A stretch of DNA of 63,702 nt, counting the filler, from Saprolegnia diclina VS20 (lineage: Eukaryota): NCBI RefSeq assembly GCF_000281045.1. It is 5 parts of 2 records of this genome, joined end to end, with 100 filler letters (N's around TTAATTAATTAA, not from the genome) between each part and the next. Parts side by side here need not be neighbours in the genome. Positions count along the whole stretch, not along the records: positions 22,016 to 48,780 come from NW_008246121.1; 4 more parts are not named here. The stretch is one strand, 5' to 3'. Below are positions 34,649 through 48,880 of the stretch, one piece after another (the stretch's first letter is position 1; every line of letters begins with the position of its first letter). Position numbers and translations under genes: made by a program. Under the pieces are notes generated by a model. The model did not search any database and was not told the DNA's origin. It saw only the letters and a program-made list of their open reading frames with translations.

Positions 34649-37360
34649 ATGCATCTGAGCCCCCGGGAAGAAGACCACCTGCGCCTGCACCAGGCCGGCG
34701 TCCTTGCGCAGAAGCGGCTCGCGCGGGGCCTGCGCCTCAACTACGTCGAGGCAATTGCGCTCATTGCCACCCAAATGCTCGAGCTCATTCGCGACGGAAA
34801 GTCGGTCGCCGAGCTCATGAGCCTCGGGAAGACGCTCCTCGGGTTTCGCCAGGTCCTGGACGGCGTCGCGGAGATGCTACATGACGTGCAGATTGAAGGA
34901 ACGTTCCCTGACGGGACGAAGCTCGTGACGGTGCACAGTCCGATCTGCCGCGTCGACGGAGACCTCGCCCTCGCGCTTTACGGCTCCTTCTTGCCCGTGC
35001 CCGACCTCGCCGTCTTTGGCGCGTACGCACCTTTGAAGAAGGAGTCGCTCATTCCAATGGACGGCGACGTCGTGCTCAACGCCGGCCGTGAGATGCGCCA
35101 TCTGCGCGTGACCAACCTCAGCGACCGGCCCATTCAGGTCGGCAGCCACTTCCACCTGATCGAGACCAATCCGCTTCTCGAGATGGACCGCGGCCGCGCG
35201 TACGGCCAGCGTCTCAACATCCCGTCGGGCACCGCCGTGCGCTTTGAGGTACAGTCAGCTTGCTCGATATCTGCATCTCCCATTGCGCTTAGCCCGGTGA
35301 CTCGAAACTCGTGTGCACCGTGCCCATTGGTGGCCACCGCATCATTACCGGCGGCAACAACCTCGCGTCGGGGCCCGTTGACGAGTCGCGCGTCGACGGA
35401 ATCGTGGCGTCGCTCATGCAGAAAGGCTTCCACCACGCGCCAATGCTGTCGATGCCGCCGACGCCGCCGACGCCTTGCCGCATGTCCCGACGCAACTACG
35501 CGCACACGTTTGGGCCGACGACGGGCGACATTCTCCGCCTTGGCGACTCGGAGCTTCATATTCGCATCGAGAAAGACTACACGGTCTACGGCGACGAGTG
35601 CAAGTTTGGCGGCGGCAAAGTCCTGCGCGAAGGCATGGGCCAGGCCACGGGCCGCTGCGCCGCCGACGTCCTCGACACGGTCATTACGAACGTCGTCATC
35701 GTCGACTACTCGGGCATCTACAAGGCTGACGTTGGTATCAAGCACGGCCGGATCTCGGCGATCGGCAAGGCGGGGAACCCCGACGTCATGGACGGCGTCG
35801 ACCCCAACATGGTAATTGGCGTCAACACCGAGGCGATTGCTGGTCGCGATCTCATTCTAACGGCTGGTGGCGTCGACACGCACGTGCACTTTATTTGTCC
35901 GCAGGTACTAATCTGCCTCCAAGGTGGTGCTGTCATGTACTCTGTGTAGCTCTGCGAGGAGGCGTTGGCGAGGTGCGTCGAGCTACTGCCAACGTATGTA
36001 CCCACAGCGATCTTGTAGCGGTCTCACGACGCTCGTCGGTGGTGGCACGGGACCTGCGACGGGCACGAAAGCCACGACGTGCACGCCGCACCCCGATCAC
36101 CTGCAAAGCATGTTGCGCGCCACGGACGGGATCCCGATCAACGTGGGCTTGACGGGCAAAGGCAACTCTGCGTCGCACACGGGGCTTCAGGACATCATCG
36201 ATGCCGGCGCTGTCGGTCTCAAGCTGCACGAGGACTGGGGCACAACACCCGCGACGATCCATGCGGCGCTCGAGGTGGCCGAGCTCAACGACGTGCAGGT
36301 GACGATCCACACAGACACGCTCAACGAGTCGAGCTGCGTCGAGCACACGATCGCGGCCTTTCAGAACCGCACCATCCATACGTACCATAGCGAAGGCGCG
36401 GGTGGCGGCCACGCGCCCGACATCATCACTGTCTGCGGCGAGCTCCACGTGCTTCCGTCGTCGACCAACCCGACGCGCCCGTTTACGAAAAACACGATCG
36501 AGGAGCACGTCGACATGCTCGTACGTGGTCTCCACGTTGGTTTGCACTGATCATCCACGTTTTAGATGGTGTGCCACCACTTGGACAAGAACATCGCCGA
36601 GGACGTGGCGTTCGCCGAGTCGCGCATCCGCGGCGAGACGATCGCTGCCGAAGACATTTTGCACGACATGGGCGCCATTAGGTAGACTTTTTCTGTGCAT
36701 AACGTCGTCTACAAGCGACGTAGCATCATCTCGTCGGACGCGCAGGCGATGGGGCGCATCGGCGAGGTCATCACGCGCACGTGGCAGACCGCCGACAAGA
36801 TGAAGACGCAGCGCGGCCCGCTTAGCGACGACGTTGGCGCCGACAACTTTCGCGTCAAGCGGTACGTGGCCAAGTACACGATCAACCCCGCGATCGCGCA
36901 CGGCATGGGCCACCTCATCGGGTCGGTCGAGCCGCAAAAGTGGGCCGACCTCGTGCTCTGGAAGCCGAGCCTCTTTGGCACCAAACCCGAGATGGTGCTC
37001 AAGGGCGGCGTCATCGTCTACGCGCAAATGGGCGACCCGAACGCGTCGATCCCGACGCCCCAGCCCGTCAAGATGCGCGCGATGTTTGGCGCCCTCGGGA
37101 AGGCCGTCGGTCCGACCTCGATCGCGTTTGTGAGCCGCGCCTCGGTCGACAAGGGGGTTGTCGCCAAGTACGGGCTCTCCAAGCACATTGAGCCGGTGCG
37201 CCATTGCCGCAGCGTCACCAAGCGCGACATGAAGCTCAACGACTGCCTCCCCAAGCTCCGCGTGGACCCCGAGACGTACCAAGTGACGGCCGACGGCGAG
37301 CTGCTCACGTGCGCCGCCGCGTCGACCTTGCCGATGACGCAAAAGTTTTTTTTGTTTTAA
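34649..37360 (+). CDS. URE1: Urease (single-chain eukaryotic gamma-beta-alpha fusion)
   Basis: [88 protein letters not shown]. Six exons, including a 23-nt microexon. Confidence 0.97.
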
Positions 37361-37583
37361 TCCCTAACCTATCCAGCAGATAGTATACATCGGATAGTCG
37401 CATGGGTTCGGAGAGCGTTGAGATGGAGGAGAGTCGGTATTTTGGCGGGAAGCGGCGGTGGCTGCCGTTTGGCTCGCAAAGCCTTGGAGACGTTTCTCTT
37501 GATGTTTGTATACTGATGCCATCCGGAAAAGATACCACGGAAATGAACGTTGGGGAAGATCCCACATTTGCCAATCGCGCAGC

Positions 37584-39354
37584 ATGAAGCGAGGTCGCCG
37601 CGCCCAAGCCAACGAGCCGACCGAGACGCCGCCGCAGCGCGCGCGCGTCGACGGCGAAGCCCCGCGGGGCCGCGGCCACGCAGTCGTGACGGCGGCTCGA
37701 GCGACCTACTTTGCGACGGGGTCCACGGCGCCGATCAGTGCGCCCGTCGAGGTCGCGCCGTCGTCGGCCGAAGAGTGGCCGGGCATGTTCAACACAGCGT
37801 ACAGCCTCGACCGTGGGCGCTCGGCCGCGCAGGCGCAGCGCCAAGAGGAGATCGAGAAGCGGGCGGCGGCGGCGGCCGAAGACCTCGCGCTCTGGGAGCC
37901 GAAGACACCGACGCGGTCGCTCGTGCGCGTTCAAGCGATGGTCGTTCCGTCGCTCGTCGACCTCACGTGCAAGGTCATTGCGCGCTCGATCCACTCGTTT
38001 CAACAGCAGTACAGCGAGTACATGGGCGAACGGTCGTTGCAGTTGTCGCGCGCCAAGATTGCGACGCTGGTGGCTCAGGACCGCAAGCTGGACGCATCCG
38101 GTACGCCCGATCGCGATTCGTCGTCTTCTCACGCTACCCTCGCTAGTGCTGCCCTTCTTCATCTACCCTGGCGTCATGGAGATCGACATCCCTGACTGCT
38201 CGATGCTGGATGAAATGTCGTTCGTGTCGGCGCTGCAAGCCTGTCAGAAAATCGAAAAGGAGGAGCAGATCGAAACACGCTTTAGCATTCTCAAGCTCGG
38301 TATCTGCGGCCGCTGCATCTCGGACCGCGTCCTCGACAACCTCAAGTAGCCTCGTCATGTATTGGCGCATTGTCTTATCATCGTGTGGCTCGATGTATAG
38401 GGTGGCGCTCTCGACCGTCGAAGAGATTCGTCTCGACGGCTGCTACCGCCTCTCGGACGACGGCGTAGCGTTCCTCAAAGCCACGTGCTCGGACGCGCTC
38501 GAGAGCTTCGAATTGAGCAGCAACCAGCGCATCTCGAGGGCGAGCATCGAGAGCATTAGCGGCTGGAGCAACCTGCACACGCTCTCGCTCTCCGAGTGCC
38601 CGCAGTTTGAAGACGCCGACTTTGGGCCGCTCGCGGGCCTCACGCAGCTGCGGAAACTCACGCTAATCCAGCTCGACAAGGCCTCGGACGGCCTCCTTGA
38701 GATGCTCTTTGGCGACAAATCGAACCTCGCGACGCTCGAAGAGCTCTCGCTCGCCCGCTGCGCGCAACTCACGGACGCCGGCCTCGCGCACGTGATTGCC
38801 AAGTGCCCGAAGCTCGTGCACCTGGACGTGACGGACGTTGTCTTGCTCACGGACGTGACCTTTGCCGCGGTACAATACTCTTTTAGCTCTTTGACGCCAA
38901 GCGAGCGACCGGCTGTGGCATAGGTACGGTCGCACGGCCTGACGCTGCGCCGCGTCTTCTTGCGACGCTGCATGCTCGTGACGGACGCGGGGATCACGGA
39001 TCTGGCTCTAAGCGCCAACCAGCACCTCGAGGTGCTCGACATTTCCAGCGTCTCGGTACGACGGCCTCGACACACTGCATTGTCGCGTCATGGAGCCGCT
39101 AGGAACTCACGGGCGCCGCGCTAACGGCGCTGGCGACGCACTGTGCGAGTGGGCTGCGCGAACTGGACGTGTCGTTTTGTCGCTACATTCGCGACGCCGA
39201 CCTCGGGCTCCTCACCGACGTGTGCAAGGAGCTCAGCGTCCTGCGCCTGTACGGCTGCACGCAGATTTCGCGCCGCTTCCTTCAGGGCCATCGGCGCGAC
39301 GAGCTCATGTGCGCCGGCCACCCGCTCCTGACCGGTCTCAAGCTCGTGGCGTAG
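37584..39354 (+). CDS. RAD7: RAD7/rhp7-like RNI-type LRR protein (putative Elongin-C E3 subunit, global-genome NER)
   Basis: WPGMFNTA resembles the Rad7-family WPGPFSTA. BC-box-like VPSLVDLTCKVIA, Cys-containing LRRs, and C-terminal LRLYGCTQISRRFLQGH. Confidence 0.7.
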
Positions 39355-39385
39355 CACTATTAACTTAGTAATCTCGTCGTTTCTA

Positions 39386-41871
39386 CTACCGCGTGAGCGT
39401 CGGCGGCGTCGGGGCTACGAAATTGAGGCCGTGGTAGTCGCGCCGTGTCAGCTGCGCGCGGACGGCCGGAAGCACGTCGAGGATCTGCGCAAACGTCGGG
39501 CGCTGCGCCGGGTCCTGGTGCCAGCACGTCTCGACGAGCTGCATGAGACTCTCGGGGGTGTCCTTCGGAAACGGCGGCCGCATTTGCTGCCGCGCCACCG
39601 CGAACGCCGCTATCGATCTTGATGAGTTGGATGATGGTACCGGGTACGGTACCTTGGATCGGCGACATGCCCTTGAACGGCTGCTCCTTGGCGATCATCT
39701 CCCAGAGAATCACGCCGTAGCTGTACACGTCGGCCTTCATCGAGTACGGTTCGTGGCCAATGACCTCGGGCGCCATCCAGCGGTACGTGCCCGTCTCGGC
39801 CGTCAAGTCGGACGAGTGGCCGATCTCGAGCACGCAGCTCAACCCAAAGTCCGAGATCTTGACCGTGCCGTAGGCGTCCAGGAGCACGTTGCCCGACTTG
39901 AGGTCGCGGTGCATGATGGAGCACAGATGGAGGTAGTTCATGCCCTAGCAGTGGTGTTGGCCGGGCGACCCGTCGATCAACTCGATACCATGGCGATCTC
40001 CCGAGCGATGCGGAAAAAGTCGATCGGCGTCGGCTTGCGCTGGCGAATGAGGTCGGTGAGCGCGCCGCTTTGCATAAACTCAAAGACTAGCAGTGCGCTG
40101 ATGAGTGATATGACTAGACACATGGAGGGCCGAGTACCGAGGCAGTACTTGGGCGGGTTGATGGCGACGCCGAGGAAGAGCACGATGTTGGGGTGCCGCA
40201 GTCGGCTCACGACCGCGACTTCGCGGTAGAATTCGCTCAGGATTTCGTCGCTCAGACTCTGGTTGTGGTGCGACACGTTGATGACCTTGGCGGCGATGAA
40301 CGTGCCGCGCCAAATGCCGCTGAACGTCTGGCCCGACCGGCCAGTCCCAATCGCGTCGCTAGACAGAGCACAGTGCAGAAAATACTCTTCTCACGGAGGA
40401 CGTACCCGAGGTGCAGCTCTGAGAAGGAGAGTTGCCACTCGGGCTTGATGTCGCTGTCGAGGGTGATGCTCGTCGACGACGTCGGGGCCGGGGCCGGGGG
40501 CGGCACGGCCTGCTGCGCAAGCCGTCGTTGCCGCTCGCGCTCCGAGTTTTCCGCGGCCTGCGCACTGCGCTCGAGGTTTTCCACGATGCGGCGCTTGAGC
40601 TCGGCGAGGCGGTCGTCCGGCACAAAGGACCCGCGGACGATAAAGCTACGGCAGCATGAGCGAGCGATACTTTGTAGCACGATGGTCGCACCGATCGAGC
40701 GTGACACCGTCGCGTGTCGTCATGACATCGGCGTCCATGATGCTGCCCTTGAGACTCGAGAGGCCGCGTGTGATGGCATCGAGGAGGCTGTCACGGTCCT
40801 TGGCCACGAGCACGACCTCGCACGTCGACGTGTTGACACTAAGGATGGCGTGAGCATGCTCCTAAGAGTCTGTGTGACGCACCTGCCGTCATCGTCTTTG
40901 AGGTAATGGGCGTGCAGATTAATGTCGTCTGGATTTCGGTGCTGATTTGCGAGGAGGCGGATGTGCATCGGGACGTCGTCCGGGTCCACCGAGAGGGCGT
41001 AGCGCGCTGGAAGCCGCTTAAAGTGATTCTAACATGCGTAAGAAGGGAATGCACCACGGCCACCTAGAGTCTACCTGGACATTCTCCAGCACAGGTACAT
41101 ACAGGTGGTTCAGAACGAGTTTGGACCCGTTCGACGACGGGACGTACGCGTCGCCGACCATTTGCTTGGCCACGGCGCAGCACATGTCGTGCATGACCGA
41201 GTCTTTGAGCCCGCGCTGGACGCCGGACGCGGACGGCTAAGCGCATATGAGATCAAAGATACTACTACAACTGCAGAAAGTACCTTGGGCGCAGCAGGGA
41301 AGAAGCTCGCGTTGTGCTTCTCAAGGTCCGAGAGGGCTTGGATTGACTTGGACTTCTTCATGTTGGACGACTCGTTGTGCGACGACTTCCCGAACGACCC
41401 GCTCAAGATGGACGACGCAGAGGAGCCGGACGACGACCCGCGTGGGCGGTGCGCGGCGAGCTCGTCCTCAGCAATGAACATGTTGGAGAGCATCTGCGAG
41501 CGCGCCTCGAGGTCGGCGTGCTTTTCCGGGATTGATGGCAGCATCTCAAACTTGTCGACCGACAGCGGCGACGGCGCGCTGTCAAGGGCGAGGCTCGCCA
41601 TCGGCGCGTCTACGGGCGGCGTCAGGCTCTTGCGCGGCGGCGTGAAGTTCAGGTCCGAGTCGAGCAGCGTTGCCGAGCCCGAGCCCGTGCGCCACTTACG
41701 GTAGAGCAAGCGGGCGTCGGAGACGTGGTCTTCGCCGACGACCGGGCGCAGATGGCCGTCGTCGGCTGCGAGCACATGCGACTCGGACCAGGTGCGCTCC
41801 TTGGCGAGCGGCGACGAGGGCGACGGCAGCGACGGAGGGCGGGACTTGGGTTGCAGCTCGGAGCTCATCAT
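39386..41871 (-). CDS. ACT-domain Raf-like TKL kinase (STY8/17/46-like)
   Basis: RLPARYALSVDPDDVPMHIRLL N-terminal to an ACT-like segment. Kinase motifs HRDLKSGN, DFG and AETGTYRWMAPEVIGHEPY. Multi-exon. Confidence 0.85.
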
Positions 41872-43445
41872 GTCGCCCCTCGCCTTCAGCGGAAGTACTA
41901 ATTAAATACCATTGGAAGGTGTCGTAACGAGGGCCACTCCCTCAATGTAGCGTCAATCGGCGTGAGTGACGTGTCTTCTTCAACAAATCATAAGGGTAGT
42001 TTCAACTAAATGTATGAGCATACCCCTCTTTATGAGAGAATAGCCTATGCTGCCATCTATTTATAAGGGTTTTTCTAGTGGCTTGCGCGTGCCACTCAAT
42101 GAGCAGCGGCACAACAAGGCGATTATACGTTCTCACAGGGTATGTATTGTAGGCGTCCATTGCGGTATACAAACAGCAAGTGCCATCAAGATCGGATCTG
42201 AGAGGTCTTTTGGGATTGGCCACAGCCCAGCTTCAAGGTTGAAGTTGGGACTGCAAGATACGAGATTCACAACCTTTCAACAGACAACCTGAAAACGAAT
42301 TTCTACAGAAAGCATCCTGCGCAGCAGGTAGCCTATCGAACATTTCGTGAATGGAGAGAGAATGCATCTTGAAGCCGCGTTGACTCATATTCATTCGCTC
42401 TGGGCTCGAGCATCTCAAAGTCGCAGCGAAGCCACGCGACGAAGAAGCAGCTCGCGAAGCCTATCACACTATTTTGCGTCGTACGACCGGACTTGCTAGA
42501 AGGCCGTTCTGTTCCAGTTCACAGCTCAAGCCAAGCGCCCTTCGCATCTGCTCTCCCACCAAGCTAGGCTTGTCGGTGACCATACAAGCGAGCACCCTAC
42601 AGGGCAATCATGCCAGGCAATGGTGCTTCGTTTATACGCTGCAGTGGTGCACATGAGACGCGACTCGCGCTGGCGTACGGCTGCCGCAGCGGCTGCCGTG
42701 CTTATGCAAAAACTGACTCATAACTACGGTATTTTGGTACATCTTAAACATCCACAAAAGCTCATTAATATGCTTTTAACGGACAGTACTCTGGGCTGCA
42801 CAGTGGCCTGCACGTTTTTGCGGACAGGGAGCCGTCAAATTCTCTTTCATGGATTTTTATTTTCCTCTCCAGGAATATAATGACTGGATATTTGTATGTA
42901 TTATTTTGAATCGAGCATAAGCGACGCGTGAACAGAATTCAGCGGCTGCTTGTCCGCTAAAATGCTTGGCCAATCACAGGCCGAAGAAAATGAGAAAAGC
43001 GCAGAGTTTTGGCGAATAGGCGCAGAGAACAATGACCGCAGGCGGCGGGCTGCGCACGTGAGTGAGCGCCGACAGCGGGCAGCTACAGCGGACGTACCGG
43101 TATTCGACTGCTAGAACTTTACGGTTGAGGGCGCCCACCACATGTGCACTGCAATGCCGTCCGTAAGAAGCTCGAGAGCAACCTCAGCGAGATCAAGAAG
43201 CACTAGTACTGCGCGAGGTCAACATTGGGTGCGCTGTGTTAATGAGCCGTCCTCGTTAAAGGAAGCCACGGACGGATGGACACGAAGCGCGCGTCTTCAA
43301 TTAAGAATGTTTCCTTGGGTTTATTAGGATGTTATAGCGTCGACGCTCAGTGGTTACCGCGTCAACGCAGTGCGCTCGCGAGTTTCAACTGGGATCGTAA
43401 ATTGCCCTGTCATCTCGGCTACGGTGATGGCATCAAGGAGGTGTA

Positions 43446-44784
43446 CTAGCACACAGGTACACACACTTTCGAGCTCCTAATGAAAAGGATGATGTAGCGT
43501 GCGTCGGCATTCGGCGCTTGCTTGCCACGCAAGTCCAATCCTCGAGCAAGGTCCCCGTTTACCTTTGACGAGTACGAGAGCCTCGGCCGAGACAACCTCG
43601 CGCGCCTCTTCTTGACCATGTAGTGGGCCTTATGTGTCGATCCAAGTCGACGGAGACGGGATGCTTGGAACACCACTCGAGCGTAGGCGACTCTACGATA
43701 GCGAGCTGCCTCAATACTCCGCAACCATATTGCCACGTCACGGAGTCTTTCTGGCCAATCAGATACCAGGGAATTTTAACGGGTGGCCTGTCCGTCAAAT
43801 TCCGATCACAATTCACTTTACGAGACGGTGCAGCTGTCATGCAAGACGCGCCAGAGAGCTTTCTCCTTGCGTGCAACGAGCCGCTTGCTTCGGCGCGGCA
43901 TCTGCTGAGGAGAGTACACGATGGCGTCGACATCGAGCACATCTACGCGTGGGCGAACTTTGCGAGCAGCGATGTCGTCCGAGGACAACCACGAGCGATA
44001 CCGCCGCATTTTTGACTCACCTGGCAGCGCCGTGCCATCACCAATGGCGCTGGACATCGGGGACTCGTCAGCGTTGTTGTCAGCAAGGGCGATAACGGGA
44101 GGGTCGAGCGTTTGTTGGCTCGTCTCGGTGTCGTTGTCGCGGGTTTTGGCCATGTCTCCAAGAGTGCCATCGTTGCCCGCGTCGGTCTCGACTGACCAGG
44201 TGCCTTGGGTGGTGTGCGTTACCTCTGTCGTGGAGCTTGCGCTTGTTAGGTTGATGAGTTGGTCCGGCGAAGAGACAGCGCCGCGGTTGGTGCGAAGCAC
44301 ATACCTACCATTAGCCATCGCACCTCGCAAAATCCGCATCGAACGCACGCAATGACAAAGTCGTTGCCAGAAGCAAGTGTGATGATGTCGCCATCAGCCA
44401 GACGGTGTGGCGTATGGCCTGTATGCCTGCATCAGAGTCGATGGCATCGGAGATCGATAAGCGTACTCGACACAGGCGTCGCGTTGACAAGCACTGCGTT
44501 TATCGGTGTACCAGTCACGTACACGTCCTCGCCGGTCACTCGGACAGCTATCGTATGCTGCGCGCAGCGGCGAAGAGCTGCTTGTTGCTCTTGCGTCGCC
44601 GAGCCGAACGGGGTGCTAAAGCTCGTGCCGGCACACAAGATAAGGCTTGGCAGTCTACACGGGCATGAACGTCTCAAGCACACGCGCGAGCCTACTGGAG
44701 CATCTCGCGGTGTAGCTTCAAGCGGCGGATGGCGCGTCGCGTCGTCGCTGGCAGCGAGCTCAGGTTGAGCTCCAGGCAGTGCAT
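43446..44784 (-). CDS. Hypothetical multi-exon protein with possible N-terminal FHA-like domain
   Basis: ATG at 44784 and GT-AG-joinable exons giving ...VYVTGTPINAVLVNATPV...RLADGDIITLASG, similar to the FHA tail 'N.T.VNG...L.DGD.I.LG'. The 3' end is uncertain. Confidence 0.35.
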
Positions 44785-45109
44785 GCGACTTGCAATCTTT
44801 TGAAAATGCATCCTGTCCGGTTAGATTACCGGAAATTGCTTTTGGCGTTTAAAAACAGATAATTTAATTTAACGCAACTTCGTTGAGGGATTGTTGAGCT
44901 GCAGCCTCAACATTGCGAGTAAATTTGGGTCCTTTTAGTTTCCAGTATTTGACTTCTTTTGAAATAAATATGAAGTTGCTTACAGTTAGCAAGTTAGATT
45001 TTACTCATTAAAAAAATTAATTGTATTGTATATATCTCTCTTGATTGGCGCAAAATCCAGCGGTTTGCCGAATCACACGTTGGCCCATTATTGCGATCTG
45101 TCTCGAAGC

Positions 45110-47018
<1,909 letters not shown>

Positions 47019-47158
47019 ATTGATTGCAAAACACGACGTGTCTCTTCAGGATCCGTCTCTGCGTGCATGTCGCAACCACGTTACCACAGCATTACCACCA
47101 GCGCAATTATTGTCGGAGCTAATATATATAGATTACTGGAGTAAGGAACAGGAGGGTG

Positions 47159-47950
47159 CTATAAGAACATGGACGCGGCTTCAAAGAGCATGCCAAACTC
47201 GTCGTCGCGAATCGGGCCCTGGGTCGGCGTTGGGGCGCGGCGCTGCAGCGAAAGGTGCGGTGGCAGCGGCGGTTGCCAGGGCTGGTCTTCTTTCAAATCG
47301 TGGATGATGCTGTCGGTGAGGGCGGCGTCGAGCGCGATGCTGGGCGGCGGTCGCTTGGCCTCGTCGAGAAGCCCGGGAAAGTGCGTGAGGGTTTGCAGGA
47401 GGTGGTAGTCGTCGATCGGTGGCGGTGATGACGGTGCGTTCTCGGGCTCTATCAGTTCGCGGAGCACCTCCATGTCCTGCTCGTTGAGATGCAGCATCGG
47501 GTCCACCGAGAAGGGCGCGTCGTCGGAGGCTGGCGCCTCGGCTTCGAGGAAGCGCTCCATGGCCTCGTCCTCTTCGACCGAGACGTGGTTGTCGTCGTCC
47601 GGGCCGTAGTGGCGCGTGATCTTGCAGAGGAGGTCCTTGCGGTTCTGGCGGAAGAACGGGTGCGTGAACGTGTACATGTGCGACCGGTACCGCGTGTTCT
47701 TCTTGAAGCCAAAGTAGTTGAGTTGGCGCTGGAAGCTTGTGAACTTGGAGTGCTTAAAGTACTTGGGCAGCACTGTGGTTTCGAGAGCGTGGCGGTCGAG
47801 CACTTGGACCGCGACGCCGTCCGAGGTCCACGTGATGATGTTGGCGTTCTCGTTCTCGAGCATGTCGAAGAGCGAGCGCAGGAACTTGGGCACGCCGACG
47901 TCGCGCTTCTTCATGCGCGTCACGAGCGCGGGCGGCGGCGGACTGATCAT
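47159..47950 (-). CDS. HSF-type DNA-binding transcription factor
   Basis: VPKFLRSLFDML...IITWTSDG...VLPKYFKHSKFTSFQRQLNYFGFKK...FTHPFF, followed by an acidic C-terminus. The start could instead be 47914. Confidence 0.92.
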   Translation of the reverse strand: MISPPPPALVTRMKKRDVGVPKFLRSLFDMLENENANIITWTSDGVAVQVLDRHALETTVLPKYFKHSKFTSFQRQLNYFGFKKNTRYRSHMYTFTHPFFRQNRKDLLCKITRHYGPDDDNHVSVEEDEAMERFLEAEAPASDDAPFSVDPMLHLNEQDMEVLRELIEPENAPSSPPPIDDYHLLQTLTHFPGLLDEAKRPPPSIALDAALTDSIIHDLKEDQPWQPPLPPHLSLQRRAPTPTQGPIRDDEFGMLFEAASMFL

Positions 47951-48780
47951 CCCAAGCGGCGAAATTGGGCACTGACTGCCGGGCATCAGCCGGCCCGCGG
48001 CAGCCAGCTGGCGCCCCGTCTGGGTACACGGCGCCTGTCCCGAGCTCGCATACAAAGCGCAAGGTTAAAGTCACTGCGATGGTGCAAACTCAACGTTCCG
48101 AGTGTGACACACTGGCCGCGTTCGATGGAAAGCATGCGGGACGCCAATTATCTAGAGGTTTGTATGCCGGCGAAACAGAATTTTATTACCGACCAGGCAG
48201 CGTATCCTGGACATGCGCCAATCAGCGGCCGATACACTTACACTGGACCAATCCCAGCGCCGATGAGCACATTGCCGCGTTACGCGGCGCCGTGGTACGG
48301 GCCCGCGTCGCCCCACTCGACTGCGGCCCTTCCAGTAGACTTGAAGTTTGGCGGCGCGGGCGGGGGGCGAACTGCAAACGGAAAGTAGCCGAGAAGGCCG
48401 ATGACGACGTAATCCAAGGACCGAGTACATTACTGTACCTTTCGCTGATCGCAGTCGTCCCGATGCACTGGACGTCATCCGGGCCACCGATGCCTGACTG
48501 TCGTGGGATGAACATCAGCTGCGCAATATGCACGGTGGGCCCGGCTAGCCGTAGGTACCCATAGCTGGTACCCATCGGGTCCTCCGATGCTATTATCAGT
48601 TGCCGCGTCCTTGGCGCCATCATGGTACCACCGCGAGTCGGAAATCGATTGGCTGGCTTCCAAGCGCCGGCTCTTGCCGTCTCCTTGCGTTCGATTTCGC
48701 TGGCGCGGACGTCACGCTCTGCGACTGCACAGGCCGAGACAAGGACGGATATACGGTCGCACGCACGTGGTTGATTTTAC

Positions 48781-48880
48781 NNNNNNNNNNNNNNNNNNNN
48801 NNNNNNNNNNNNNNNNNNNNNNNNTTAATTAATTAANNNNNNNNNNNNNNNNNNNNNNNNNNNNNNNNNNNNNNNNNNNN
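48781..48880. other. Assembly gap with TTAATTAATTAA linker
   Basis: Same N-linker-N structure. Confidence 0.95.
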
